Shown here: in pieces, positions 12,290 to 25,631 of the stretch
Position numbering within the stretch: position 1 is the first letter of the stretch
Layout: each line of letters opens with the position of its first letter
Position numbers and translations under genes: made by a program
NCBI RefSeq assembly: GCF_006345805.1
Contig: NC_042998.1
Location: forward strand, 181,412,001 to 181,476,000
Reading direction: 5' to 3'
Origin: Octopus sinensis
Lineage: Eukaryota
DNA length: 64,000 nt
Notes under the pieces: model-generated
Seen by the model: only the letters and a program-made list of their open reading frames with translations
Told to the model about the DNA's origin: nothing
Database searches by the model: none

Positions 12290-12960
12290 AAATGACAGAA
12301 TTGGCAAGATGATTAGAGCAGGATGTAGCGGGGGCAGTTACCATCACAGTTATTATTGCAAAAGGATTAGAGACGGTCCTTTCTTATAGGCTTGAGTGGA
12401 GAAGGTGGGAAACTTACTAGTTTAAAGGAGCTGAGGGCATTATATAAGTGATAGAACAGAGTGAATAGGCAGCACCTCTGTGGGCTAGAGTTTGTAATAT
12501 AATGCTGTTAGTTTTGCCAATCAAGCAGTTGGCCTTATATTGGATGTCGTTTAAGCTGTGAGTAGCAGAAACTTTGTCCCAGATATGGGAGCAGTACTTT
12601 ATTGTTGCTGTTATTTAGAAATTATAGAAAGGGAATAACTGTTCAGAGCTGAAGAACTGTATTATCTGGCGTAGATGAGAACTGTTAGTCCTTGGGATAC
12701 ACTTTTAGTTGTGAAAAATCATCTAAGAATATGGACCCTAACATTTGTTGCGATTTTGAAAGTTTTGCGTTGTTCTTGACCAGAGAGAGCAAAGTAGAAG
12801 TCTGTTTCTTTGATATGAACAGTGATTCTTTCTTTCTGTTGTTCTAAGATATTAGACATTCACGACCCCACTGGCGGATATATTAGATATGTTCATTGAA
12901 GCGATGCAAGTTTGATGTGGTGTGTAAAATATTTGACACCGACATCGGAAGGGTCAGTGA
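12290..12960 (-). mobile_element. Degraded CR1/L2-group LINE, C-terminal part of ORF2
   Basis: Minus translation fragments IRQWGRECLIS and ATIKYCSHIWDKVSATHSLNDIQYKANCLIG...LFTLFYHLYN match the post-RT pattern (EYCSxIW...L.xIQxxA.xLIG...LSLFY) of CR1/L2-like ORF2. Many stops. Confidence 0.7.
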
Positions 12961-13993
12961 TCGAGGAAAAGCTCTTTCATTGATTCGGTTCTTATATATT
13001 TATCCGGACTGAAAGAGAAAGAGAGGTAAGAGAGCGAAAGGAAGCGTGAGAGACAGAGAGAGCATAAAGTTTTCCTAAAGTTATTTTTGTAGTAGCGTTC
13101 CGGGATGTTGTAACTACGTATACGTCTTATTTCTTTTGTACGTTTGTTTGGGCGGGGGGGTTGTTTGAGTGATTATTATATGCTGCTGGAAACAGCGAGT
13201 GTTAGAACTCGCTGTTGTAAGAAACTGTACTATCGAATCACCAGGTTCTCTTTCATTTTTAATATTTTTGTTTCATTGGATATCTGATCAATGAGTATGG
13301 TCAGTTTGCAGACGGTGATGGTACGAAATGCGTTGCGTTACATGTTGTTTATTGAACTTTTGGGCGGGAAGCAGGGGTTAGAATCCCAAACATAACTGGC
13401 CTAATCCATGAAGTTATATATTATATTTTTGTACAGCATTGTTATTGAAAAGTTGGATATTGCCAAATGTCTAAAGATAACATAGTGTTCCTAGCCTCAA
13501 ATATTATTTCCATGGTGATTTATATCTTTAGCAAAAGTCGATTGGATCGATTCCTTCGACTCTAGAAGTATGAAAGGCAATCCAGAATATAAAGAAACCT
13601 AACTAAAGATCCCAACACATTTCGACTTTGCAACATTTACTAAATCTCTTATCCACCGATCGTAAATCTATATAATAAATGTTTCATTTGTTCCTTCGTT
13701 CCTTCCATATATCTAAATCTTTTCAATCTGGAATGGATTGAGATTTTTCTTTTTATTTGTTTAGCCACAGGTCAACCTGAATTAAGCAGACCTATGCTGA
13801 AGAGCATTCCAACCGTGACAAACTCATCTATTTTCGTGTAAATTATTTCAATGTGACCTCATTTGAAGACAGTAAAATCTGATATGAATGGAGATTTTGC
13901 TATTATTTCGAGCAACTCAATCGACCACATAAAGGCTCTTTTGTGGGCTCATATTTTCATAAGTTAACTAAAATTTGCTCCTAAATTTTACAG

Positions 13994-14138
13994 GCCATTC
14001 TACTACGAGGAAACTGATTTAGGTAATGTCCAGTCTGATCATGTACGAATGAATGCCTACAACAAAAATGTGAGCGTGGAGAAAACAAAGGAACTGATTA
14101 CAATGCATGCAACTCTTCTAAAATTACCCAAGGATCAA
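13994..14138 (+). CDS. Candidate 145-nt internal exon, unknown gene
   Basis: Acceptor aattttacag/G, 48 open codons (PFYYEETDLGNVQSDHVRMNAYNKNVSVEKTKELITMHATLLKLPKDQ), donor CAA/gtaatt. Protein not recognised. Confidence 0.3.
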
Positions 14139-15116
14139 GTAATTATATCAATCCTGGATTTTTTTCTGCTGCTACTGTTGTTGTTATCGTTGTATTGAAT
14201 AAGTTGCCTCAGAATAACTGATTTTAATGTGATGCACATTAAATCTTTCCGCAATAGGAACAAGTCATAAATTTGAATTGACCAACTTTACAAATCGCTC
14301 GATATCTTCTCTTACAAATGGCTGACAAAATTTAATATTGCTACAAATAAAGACGAAGGGAGTCTCTACGGTGTCGCTCGATCTGCTAGAAATAGCAACC
14401 AAACAGCCATCATATTACATTATCGTCTTTAAGAAGAATTATAAATTGGATAATGTAATACTAGATATAGTATGTCTGAAGAAAAAAGGAAGAGGGGACC
14501 GTCGTTGGTAGTAGTTTCCCAGCATTTTGTGTATAATAGTAACTACATTATGAACAGAATTGTTCTGGACTACTCGCCTACAAGTCCACTTATGACGAAA
14601 ATTTAGTATGATAAAGTGGCCATATTTTACCAAGTGTTATAGATGTTTTCAGAAACTCTTCCGTTTAGACATGTTCTAGATTATTATAAATTTTAAAAAA
14701 TTGTGATTTGTGCATCTTTTGCATAGATTTAAATTCTGTTATAAACTTTCGAGGTTCGAATCCACTGTGTGGAATTTTGAAAAAGTGTATTCTATAACAA
14801 CCTGGTGGGAGAAGTTTATTCTTTAACCAATAACAAAGTTACTGTCCATGACCTTCTATGGAGTTTTCGAGACTGGTTGAAGGGAGGGACGAAGGTATTC
14901 TCAAACCGAGAACTTGACCCGAATACTTGCAAAAGTGCCCCCAAAGTGTCACATGTAAGATATAAACCAGATGATCGATGAAATCTACCATCTAAATAAT
15001 TTAACAGTAGTTTCTGAATAAAAAATTAGTCGACGGAAACTCTTCGGAATTACCTATTATATGTTTGTGTGTGAATGTGCCTAGATAAACAGACAGACAG
15101 ACATACTGATTGATAA

Positions 15117-15148
<32 letters not shown>

Positions 15149-15258
15149 GGGGAGAGAGAGGGTGGATAAAAAGAGAATGAGTAACAGAAATAAAGGTATG
15201 TGTTGGTTAAGATATCTCCCTGTCCAATGACTGAAACCTATATATATATATTATATAT

Positions 15259-15289
<31 letters not shown>

Positions 15290-15293
15290 ACAT

Positions 15294-15324
<31 letters not shown>

Positions 15325-15334
15325 ATATATATAT

Positions 15335-15455
15335 ATATAATCAGCCGAAATTGCTAAGATATCTGGTTCTTGACTGATGATGAGGGCTTCGAATGTCCCG
15401 TCCGTGGTTCTTGTGTCGTCTCTGTGGTTTTCATGTCTTGTCCATGTCTGTATTT
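15335..15455 (+). repeat. Unclassified repeat, same family as 58820-59040
   Basis: aagatatctggttcttgactgatga...cttcgaatgtcccgtcc matches aagataatctggtacttgactgagga...cttcgaatgacccgtcc near 58930-58975. Confidence 0.65.
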
Positions 15456-15944
15456 AATTTTACTGTTTACTATATATACATATATATATACATATATGTA
15501 TGTATATATATACGAGTGTATGTGTGTGTGTGTGTGTGTAATAGGGAATGAAACTTCATTTAATACGACGCGGGATTTATCTTCCGGCTCCTCAGGATTA
15601 ACAAGAAGCAGGCATTTGTATACATACGATTTACGTACCGTTAAAATGTCACAAAATATTTGAATATCTGTCTTTCAACGCTTTAATTTTATACGTGTAC
15701 TGTTTTCTCACATCAATGCCAGCTCTATGAATTCCAACAAGCAATCATATCACGTGTTTATTTCTCAAATATTTTATGATTTTACAAGGGTACCCTAATA
15801 TCCTAAGTATATAAATGTATGTTGATTATTAGCCTACCACTGTTTGACGAACCGAAATGTTAGGTTTAGAGTTATGTTAATAAAATTTCAGCTTCTTACA
15901 AATATAAATTGGTTTAAGATTTTGGCACAAGGCCAACAGTTTGC

Positions 15945-16172
15945 GGGGAGGAGCCAGGTCGATTAAAGTGACGTCTGCGTTCAACTGGTATTTTATCACC
16001 TCGAGAGGTTGAAAGACAAAGTCGACCTCAGAACGTAACGGCAGACGAAACACCTATTTCTTTACTACACACAAGGGGCTAAACACAGAGGGGACAAACA
16101 AGGACAGACAAATGGATTAAGTCGAGTACATCGACCCCAGTGCGTAACTGGTACTTAATTTATCGACCCCGT
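15945..16172 (-). mobile_element. SINE family B (probable Nin/Deu-domain SINE), two joined partial units
   Basis: Reverse complement of gtcgactttg(c/t)ctttca...gataaattaagtaccagttacgcactggggtcga. The core resembles the Deu/Nin domain as I recall it. Confidence 0.85.
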
Positions 16173-16698
16173 GGTCTTGGTCAGCTTGTTGTTTTCCCAT
16201 GCTCGTTTGGAGAGTTGAGCCATCACAGCAGCCGCCTTGCCAATGCGTATGTTGAGCTCGGCTACCTTAATTCTTACAAATAAATATCACCCATTATTTA
16301 CACGCTATTATTTATAGATTTATGTACTTCGAGAAACACTGTTCCAAAGACGAATTATTTCACGTTCTTTTTTTTTTTTTTTGAAGTTTGTACATTTTTG
16401 TGACGTCAGCAACATACAATTCTCGCTAAGAATAAAGTTTCTAAAATGAATAAATTCGAATGGTTGCCTTTGTCCAAATGTAGAACGCCTTCATGTTTAC
16501 AGGAGATGTAAGTCCGAGTCTCTTTCTATCCAAAAGGATTTTAATCCAGTATTTACAAACTATCGTTTATAGCTTTATGTGCTTGGAGATCCACCGATCA
16601 AAAAAAAAAAAAGAATTATATTAGTCCATGCTTCGTATTGAGCACTTTTTTGAAACGTTTGTATACACTTTTAGTGAGAAAATAGATAGATGAAGAAG

Positions 16699-16737
<39 letters not shown>

Positions 16738-17425
16738 ATATATATATATATATATATTGTGTGGTATCTAATGTTTGTGAAAGCCTGATTACTGATATCG
16801 AATGCAGAATATAAATGTCGTGCATCCTATTCGTATAAAGTATTTGCATCATTATCGGAAAGAAAGGTGTGTGGTTGGAAGATTTTCCTTTAAGAAAATG
16901 ATTTTGTCGAATTACCTTAAAGAAACAAACTAAAATAGGATGCATTCACAAGGGAACGCGCAAAATTTTAATAGATTTAGGCTTTTAATGAATTTATACC
17001 TTAATAAAATCGCGATTTCACCAAACAAAGACTGCTTTTTTAAAACGCCTTTTTTCCTTTACTTTTTCTGTTTTCGCTTCCACGCTTCACAGTAATTCAT
17101 CAAAATTCTCACTTCTCTGACGACTTAACCAAGTTATCTGTTCTATCAAAAGCATCTATTCCACATATCTCCGCATCGTTGGCAACAACCTACTAATAAG
17201 CTGTAGGCGACAGTAGTGATATGCCAGAGTAAGCGGTGATATAGATGTCGGCATACGAAGAGATGGGGAGAGAGAAGGACAGAAGGGGAAAAAAAGAAAA
17301 ATAAACACACGAAGAGGAGGGAGGAGGCTAGGCAAATTTGTATGGATATATATAGATACTTGCTTATATGTGTGTGTATATGTCTATATATATATATATA
17401 TATGGCAAGCTCGTAATCGTTTTAT

Positions 17426-17611
17426 AGGTGCAGGAGTGGCTCTGTGGTAAGTAGCTTGATTACCAACCACATGGTTCCGGGTTCATTCCCACTGCGTAGC
17501 ACCTTGGGCAAGTGTCTTCTACTGTAGCCTCTGGCCGACCAAAGCCTTGTGAGTAGATTTGGTTGATGGAAACTGAAAGAAGCCCGTCGTATATATGTGT
17601 ATATATATATA

Positions 17612-17643
<32 letters not shown>

Positions 17644-17850
17644 TGTGTGTGTCTGTGTTTGTCCCCCCACCATCGCTTGACAACCGTTGCTGGTGTGTTT
17701 ACGTTCCTGTAACTTAGCGGTTTTGCAAAAGAGACTGATAGAATAAGTACTAGGCTTGCAAAGAATAAGTTCTGGGGTCGATTTGTTCGACTAAAGGCGG
17801 TGCTCCAGCATGGCCGCAGTCAAATGACTGAAACAAATAAAAGAGTAAAA
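17426..17850 (+). mobile_element. SINE family A, full length
   Basis: Colinear with the copies at 2165 and 23813, with an internal (TA)n(GT)n. Confidence 0.92.
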
Positions 17851-18542
17851 GATATATATATATATACATACATATATATACGCATATATATACACATACA
17901 TGTATAAATTTATATATAAAAAAAGGATGTAAAAAATACATATACATACGTGTGTGTTTGTATGCGTGTGTGTGTGCGTGTGTATAGCGAATCGTTATAA
18001 CGTTGTATAAAATGCTTTGTGGTATTTGTTCTGACTTTCTGCGCTCTGATTTCAAGTCCTGGAAAGGTCAACGTTGCCTTGAATCTCACCAGGATCAATA
18101 AAAAATATTCCCGGGATATAATTGGCAGAGCTGTAAGAACGTCGAGCTAAGACGCCTTGCCGTATTTGCTCTGGCTCTTTATATAATGAATCCAAATACC
18201 TCCATGACCTACTTCGTTGGTAAATTTAACCCATCGCCTAGTTTGATATGACGACCTTGCTCTTTCGGTGCATTTAGCAGAACCGATTCTGTTACGAGTA
18301 TTTCGACCAAGCTCCTAGTTTAAGGATACCTTATTCTTTACCTTGTTGGCAGTAAATAAAATGCCCAGCATGTAAAAAAAAATTAGTCAATAGACTATAT
18401 ATTATTCATATAAATACAGTGTACATTTAAACACATAAGAGGTATCCATCATAGGATTCCGTGCACACTAGAAAGGACAGTTAAATTCCAAACCACTATT
18501 AGGGATAAAGTTTCGAAGGGAATGAAAAATAAAAACATTTAC

Positions 18543-18595
18543 CATCTAAACAAGATGAGGACAAATATCCGTCAAATGTAAATATTGTAAATAAG
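18543..18595 (+). repeat. Fragment of the repeat that forms the 33896-34051 insertion
   Basis: aaacaagatgaggacaaatatccgtcaaatgtaaatattgtaaata matches 33960-34005. Confidence 0.75.
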
Positions 18596-20056
18596 GGGTT
18601 ATGGACGCGGGTTCGTGCGTCATATAGCTAGCTAATAGCAGCATTCGTTCTATTTCTGTGGACTGCCACGTTAGTTTGGCAATAAATATTATACTCAGTA
18701 CTACTGCTGTATCTCTCCTTTAGAGAGATTTAGAAATTATAACATTTCTACATATATATATATTATATATATATATATATATATACATTAGAGGAAAAGG
18801 ACAATAAAAACCAAGGTAGGACGAGTATCTCATGTCATTTATACATGTAAGCAATTACTCAATAATTCACCACAGTTACTCAATAAACAACACGAAGCAT
18901 TTTCTACATGTAAGCATAAGTTTTTTCGCACCTTTAGACTCTTCCATAGGTCCAAATGCAAGCAAAATCAACACACATAACACTTGCCTATATGCAACCA
19001 CGGTCGTTACAATATAGGTACGTTTTCCTTTCCTTTTCTCATCTAACAACATAAGTATCTCAGAAGCTAGCTTTAAGTGAGTTTTTTTAATTCTTAATTT
19101 AACTGTTAACTTTTAAATTCTAATTCTTTAATTTGTATCATTTATCCATTTAATTGTATATATACCCTCTTAAGCTAAGCATCTAATTTTCGCTATCCCT
19201 ACTGACCATTGACCACACCTAACCTAGATTCCATCTATTCAATTAATATACATAAGTAGTTTCCTCTTCCACTTTACCAAAACCTTAACGCCTGACCTCT
19301 CACTTCGAACCGATACATACGAAGAATGCTGGCATCTTATCTCTATCTTTATTCTTTATATTTTTATTTTTGATTTTGATTTTGATTTTTGATTTTTGAT
19401 TTTACTTTCGCTGTCATTCATTTTTTCCCGCACCTATCACATTCTTGTCATTTTCTCTTTATCTCTCTCTCTTTCTCCTCTCTCTTCTATCCACTAACTC
19501 ACAACCCACTTCTGTCTATCTTGATGTCTGTCTTTCTCACTCTATATACCCATGTGAACCATTTACATACCAGCTAACCATTTAATCCATTACTTCAACA
19601 TGAGTGCATCATTCAAAAAATAAAAATTAAAATATACTGCCAAAATGCTGCCTGGATTTAGCTGGGGTTATACATAAGGGCCTGTACCTTCACATGCCCT
19701 CTGGAAAACGATGAACTGTGAACTTTATTCTGCTGTCAGTATTCTTCTATCTACTTTACTCTTTATTCTATCCACTATTCCTTATGAACTGTAAATTTCT
19801 TTGTCTAGAACTTTCATAGGAATACCCGGTGCATGGACAAGCATTTAATATCCACATAACTAAATTATTATAAATGACTTGAGATACTTGTCCTGCCTTG
19901 GTTTTTCTTGTCATTTTCCTCTAATATATACCTGCTAACACGGAAACCTAACACGGAACTTCAGGTCCAGCCTCAGTTGTGAAATTAGAACCTAACGGAT
20001 GACCAATTATAGTACTTACTTATTCGTTTAGATCACCAGTGAACTAAACCCCTCAT

Positions 20057-20061
<5 letters not shown>

Positions 20062-20134
<73 letters not shown>
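20062..20134. repeat. Pure (TA)n
   Basis: Seen directly. Confidence 0.97.
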
Positions 20135-20137
<3 letters not shown>

Positions 20138-20318
20138 CACCGTGATCACGGCTAAGCGAGCGGGCCAACAGAAGAGAGAAAGAGTACAGCATGGATCGCC
20201 TCGTGGAGCTCTAAGCTTTTCACTCAATAAACACTCACAACGCGCGGTCTGGGAATCGAAACCGCGATCCTACGACCACGAGTCCGCTGCCCTAACCACT
20301 GGGCCATTGCGTCTCCAC
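20138..20318 (-). mobile_element. SINE family C, tRNA-derived 5' part
   Basis: Minus strand reads ...tggcccagtggttagggc (A box)...ggtttcgattccc (B box), followed by a non-tRNA body; no acceptor-stem closure. Confidence 0.8.
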
Positions 20319-20331
20319 ATGTACAATACAT

Positions 20332-20365
<34 letters not shown>

Positions 20366-20670
20366 CACACACATTTATATATATATATGTGTGTGTGCGT
20401 GTGTGTGTGTGTATGTATATATATATATATTGCTTAACTTACTCGAACAAATATACATTTTTGATACTTTGTTTACGATTTAATCATATACGTATTTAAT
20501 TCAAACACACAAGCGGAATTTTCTTCAAACATTTTCATTGGAACATTCCGTCGTATGAATTCATATATTTATATATTTGTAATTATCATCCTTAGACAAA
20601 TATACATTTCAAATATTTTCGTTTACAATTTAATTCATGCATCATTAATTTAATAACGTTAATACTTATA

Positions 20671-21061
20671 TTAACGCTCGACCTTTATTCTCTTGAAAAA
20701 CGCCGCCGCCGTGGTGATCTCATTCTCGCCCACAACATCATAAGCGAGAAGTGTAACCTCTCGAAAGAGCTGTTCTTCACTCCTACTCCGGAGCGTCGGC
20801 TGCGGGGTCATTCCGAAAAGCTCTACCTGCGACGATTTCATCTCAATCGAAGGAGAGGAGCTTTCTCCGTCCGGGTTGCGGATCCGTGGAACAAGCTGCC
20901 AGACGAGATGGTGAAGATGCCGACGACCGCTTTGTTCAAAGCCTCCCTGGACCTCAAGTGGCCTGAACTCTTTACATGAACACCACCCTGTACTTAACTC
21001 CATGCCCCCCTACATGGCCTTGCTATTTGCTTTTGAGCCAAATTAACTAACTAACTAACTA
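20671..21061 (+). mobile_element. CR1-type LINE 3' end, apparently young
   Basis: Stop-free frame 20671-20979: LDLYSLEKRRRRGDLILAHNII...LRGHSEKL...FSVRVADPWNKLP..., the classic CR1 ORF2 tail. It is followed by a short 3' UTR and an (AACT)n tail. A possible 7-bp TSD acttata lies at 20664-20670 and 21062-21068. Confidence 0.92.
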
Positions 21062-21180
21062 ACTTATACAGTTTTACCCCCAACACAAGCGCAATTTTCT
21101 ATAATCATTATTCTTTCATTCATTTTGTCCAAACTACATTTCAGCCACCCGAAATCGATTACTACTTTAAAACCGTTTTT

Positions 21181-21272
21181 AGGCGTGGGTGTGTGCTAAG
21201 ACGCTTGCTTCCTAACCGTATGGTTCCGGGTTCAGTCCCATTGCATGGCATTTTGGGCAAGTGTCTTCTACT
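21181..21272 (+). mobile_element. SINE family A, head fragment
   Basis: tggttccgggttcagtcccattgcatggcattttgggcaagtgtcttctact. Confidence 0.8.
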
Positions 21273-22659
21273 CGTGATTCTGTATTTTTTTGAGTCATCT
21301 CACTCCATTAACAAATTTCCCCCATTCACTTTCTAACTTCATTTTCTTTTACCAGTCTTACATCGTTACTATTTCATATTTTACTTTTCAGATTTCACGA
21401 AAATAAAATAGCCCACGCTGCTAATTGTTTGAATCTCTTTTAATCGACAAATATTTAATCAATCCATTCTTTTACGTACGTCTTAATAAAACATTAATAT
21501 GTATTCAATTTACTCATAAATTATATAAAATAAATATTTCGATTCACACAGATTTTGTTACAAAATTGACAGAAAGACCTTTGTTCTTAATGGAAAATGA
21601 TCGCCATGCTGGCAACGTTTGAATACTAAAAGATAAAAAGATCATGAAAGTCAAATTCTTTATTCAGAGAAGTTTGTTTGAATTACTTTTTTAACTGTAT
21701 ATTTAATCAATCAAGATCATATTTTAAAAATACTCAGAATTGTTTTCGTAATAAAGTTCAATTCACTTTTAAACTATATCAATAATATTTGAATTCACAT
21801 AGGTTAGGCTTTGATGTTCATGGAGGGAGGCCGTCTCAATGGATTTACAATGAGTTACTATAACATTGTCATGTGTATTGCCAAAGAATAGTTGAATATT
21901 TCGTAACAAATGATTTTAAAATAATTGGTGGTGAGTTCATATTTTATACACGTTACGTTGATCACACTTTCAATTACTAGCAGTGTTATAAGGAAAAACG
22001 AGAATAAAAAATCGTACAACGACAGTTTAGCGTTGTAAATGGCGAAAATAAGATGTGTACTCTAAACATTTACGCAATAGCGAAAATAAATATGTGGAAT
22101 CCCTTGGTGGATAGTTAATACAAGGGAGATAAGCATTTCTTCATAATATCTAGTGAGATAAGGTATATAAATTTGAAATTAAGAAAGAAGAAAGATGTAT
22201 AGCATATAACATACACCTAATATTTTATTTATTCACTTTTCTACTTTCTTATTACGAATTCCTTAGAATTTCTACTCAGTGTTAATCATGTATAGCGCTA
22301 TTTCATTATTTTTAGAAATCTTCAGCATGACATAACCCGAGGTATATTAATTAAACATATTCGTATAGAGATTTCTTATAGATGGAAAAATTACGGTCTA
22401 GAAGAAATTCATGAAATATGTTTTTTTTTTTTTTTCTGTATTTTATTATAATGCGTTAGTAATTTATCAAGCGTGAGAGAAAAGAGAGAAGAGAGAGAGA
22501 GAGAAAGTTCTTATTGTCTCCATACAAGATAACTGTTTCCAGTGAGTTCAACTTTGTGAATGTGTTATAATAGTTAATATTTTAATTTTTACTACACACG
22601 AAATTCACCAGCTGTTTTCCATATATTCTTCAGGTTACGATTATTATATTTTTGATGTA

Positions 22660-22800
22660 AAGGTGGTGAACCGGACAAAATGCTTAGCAGCATTTCGCAA
22701 ATTTTGACGTTCTGAATGCAAATTCCGCCGAGGACAACTTTGTCTTTCATCCTTTCGAGTTCAATATAAATACCATTCGAGCACTGGTACCCGTCTCTCT
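22660..22800 (+). mobile_element. SINE family B, degenerate
   Basis: caaaatgcttagc...gacgttctgaatgcaaattccgccgaggacaactttgtctttcatcctttcg. Confidence 0.7.
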
Positions 22801-22880
22801 ATAATTGCTGGACTTGTAACAAAATTTGAAACAATTTTTTTTTTATTGATACTGAAATTGTTTAGAAACAAACTCACGTG

Positions 22881-22927
<47 letters not shown>

Positions 22928-23524
22928 CGAGCGCGCTTGATGTATATTTTCACACAGTTGAGATTTGGGGGATATTATTCAGTTGGACAATATAATTATG
23001 ACACAATTGTGTAAATGTTCAACCATACACCTATATATCTATATGGAAAGCAAAGCCGCAGCAGCATGTGGTGGTGGTGGTGGTGGTGGTGGTGGTGGTG
23101 GTGGTGGTGGTCATCATCATTTGAGCCCACGTAAACTTAATATTTGTCGGCACCAACATCGACCAGAAAGGCAAAGTTTGACTTTTGGACTATAAGTTTT
23201 AGAGGCACAAATTTCAGTACTATCATCGCGGGTGCTTCAAGCTGGTTACGTACATTTAGTACCATACACTTCATTAGAAGACAAAGGAAAAGTACACATT
23301 TAGTCAACACAATGTTGATACGAAAATCAAATAACGTTCAGACTTAAAAGATTTCATCGTGCTGTGTATACCATAGAGCTGCTGTAAGCTATTAATATGA
23401 CTTAAATCATTCGTTTATTCAATTAAGCATTGAACGAGAATTTCTGCTCACATTTCTGCCTCCAGCAAATATTAGGTTAGTATTTATAAATATGCATATA
23501 TAATATAATATTTATTTCTTTATT

Positions 23525-23743
23525 GCCTACAAGGGGCTAAACATAGAGGGGGCAGAGAAGAACAGACAAAAGTTAAGTCGATTAGATCGACCCCAGTGCG
23601 TAACTGGTACTTATTTAGTCGACCCCGAAAGGATGATAGGCAAAGTCGACCTCGGCGGAATTTGAATTCAGAATATAGCGGCAGATGAAATACCGCTAAG
23701 CATTTCGCCCGGCGTGCTAACGTTTCTGCCAGCTCGCCGCCTT
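23525..23743 (-). mobile_element. SINE family B, full length
   Basis: Reverse complement of the 35017-35236 copy along its whole length. Confidence 0.92.
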
Positions 23744-23812
23744 ATATATAATATGATATTGAAACAGTGAGGTTAAAAAAAAAAGAAGCATATAAAACAT
23801 ATATTTATATAT

Positions 23813-23998
23813 AGGCGCAGGAGTGGCTGTGTGGTAAGTAACTTGCTTACCAACCACATGGTTCCGGGAGAGTCCCACTGCGTGGCACCTTGGGCAAGTG
23901 TCTTCTACTATAGCCGCGGGCCGATCAAAGCCTTGTGAGTGGATTTGGTTGACGGAAACTGAAAGAAGCTTGTCGTACATATGTTGTGTGTGTGTGTG

Positions 23999-24038
<40 letters not shown>

Positions 24039-24240
24039 GTGTCTGTGTTTGTCCCCCCAACATCGCTTGACAACCGATGCTGGTGTGTTTACGTTCCCGT
24101 AACTTAGCAGTTCGATAAAATAGACAGATAGAATAAGTACTAGGCTTACAGAGAATAAGTCCTGGGGTCGATTTGCTCGACTAAAGGCGGTGCTCCAGCA
24201 TGGCCGCAGTCAGATGACTGAAACAAGTAAAGGAATGAAA
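23813..24240 (+). mobile_element. SINE family A, full length, head-to-head with the family B copy
   Basis: Starts ggcgcaggagtggctgtgtggtaag; colinear with the other family A copies. Confidence 0.92.
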
Positions 24241-24884
24241 GAGTATATTTTCAAGGCAGACAGACAGGCGGACGGACGGACGGACGGCTGGACGAATAGA
24301 AGGGTTTGGGTGGACAGGCGGATGAATGAAATAAGATATGCCTCGTTAAGTTCAGATGCGTTGTTGAATTATGAGATTCCTAAGGATTTTTCCCTATGCT
24401 AAACACCTTATGAAGTCATTCACGAACCTCAACAGGTGTTTCTTGGCATGCTGGATATAAAACTGTTCGTTTCAATGTGTTTTACCGATTTTGCCGACTT
24501 TAATCTAATCCTATGTACACACGCATATATGGGTACATGACGTCACCAGCGATGCAAATAACATGAAATACGTAAACAAACGAGGGGAAATGAGTGAAAT
24601 ACGTAAACAACGAGAAAAAAATGGAAAACTGGACAGGTTAACACAGAGAGAGGACTCTTCATCAGTTGTCGGCTGTCTATCTACTCCTCATTTCGACCGT
24701 TCAACGACAATATGAGTTTTCAAAGACAGTTGCCCCATAAATTCTAATATATAAAATATAAGATTTATGGAGAGTCAAAGTCGGAAACAAAAAAATGACA
24801 GTGGAGACATACAAGGAAACCGAAAATTGTTTCAACTTCAAAGCTGCAGTCATGCTGGGGCACCACCGTTTATTATATATATAT

Positions 24885-24934
<50 letters not shown>

Positions 24935-25091
24935 GCAGCGTGGAAGGTGTTTATAAGCCATTTAAGAAACACACAAAAACCGTTAGATTCACTTCGACAT
25001 TTAAATTTAATTTGTCAAAATATCTTCGTCGCTTTGAGACCGCGACCTGTTCACTGACAAAGTATATATTGAACCAGGTTGAATATATATG

Positions 25092-25242
25092 AGATTCCTG
25101 ATGTGAAATCGTGTGTTGAAACAGATAGTGCTATATTTGGGGATGGTCATGTATTTTTTTTTTTGCCAATTAACCACACACACACTATATACTCGGTCTT
25201 TAGTCTTCACTCCATCTTTATTATTATTATTATTATTATTAT
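25092..25242 (+). repeat. Left arm of a spaced inverted duplication (partner 26613-26769)
   Basis: agattcctgatgtgaaatcg...ctcggtctttagtcttcac...(TTA)n is the reverse complement of 26613-26769. Confidence 0.92.
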
Positions 25243-25586
25243 GCTTTTTCCTTCTTTCTTCAAATTTTCTTCCGTTTCTCGCCGAGTGTTTTCCATACAC
25301 CTAGGGCAGAGAAGGGCATTGTATGCATTCCCAAATTACACACGCAAATTCAAAGATAAAATATGTATTTAAAAATTAATAAATAAATAAATTCATGGAT
25401 GGATGTTATTTTCACAGCGATAGTGCTCTTCTCAGTACATGAGCCGTTCCAGTTAATACGATTTTTTGCACTTCCTGTAGGGATGGTTAGCCTGGAATCA
25501 TTTTCAAATAGGTTTCAGTACCTTTTTTATCATTCCTAGAGATCCTACGATCACTGGTACTATTATTATTATTATTATTATTATTA

Positions 25587-25631
<45 letters not shown>

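Noticed and set aside
15340-15400. GAAA and CTGATGA words as a hammerhead (also 58930-58970, 24655-24710, 42884-42930)
   Set aside because: The stems cannot be closed in any hammerhead topology from these copies.
20240-20318. tRNA gene (also the heads of SINE A and B copies)
   Set aside because: A and B boxes are present but there is no closed cloverleaf, and they run into SINE bodies repeated across the window.
20671-21003. 110-aa minus-strand ORF as a gene
   Set aside because: It is the antisense of a clear CR1 ORF2 tail.
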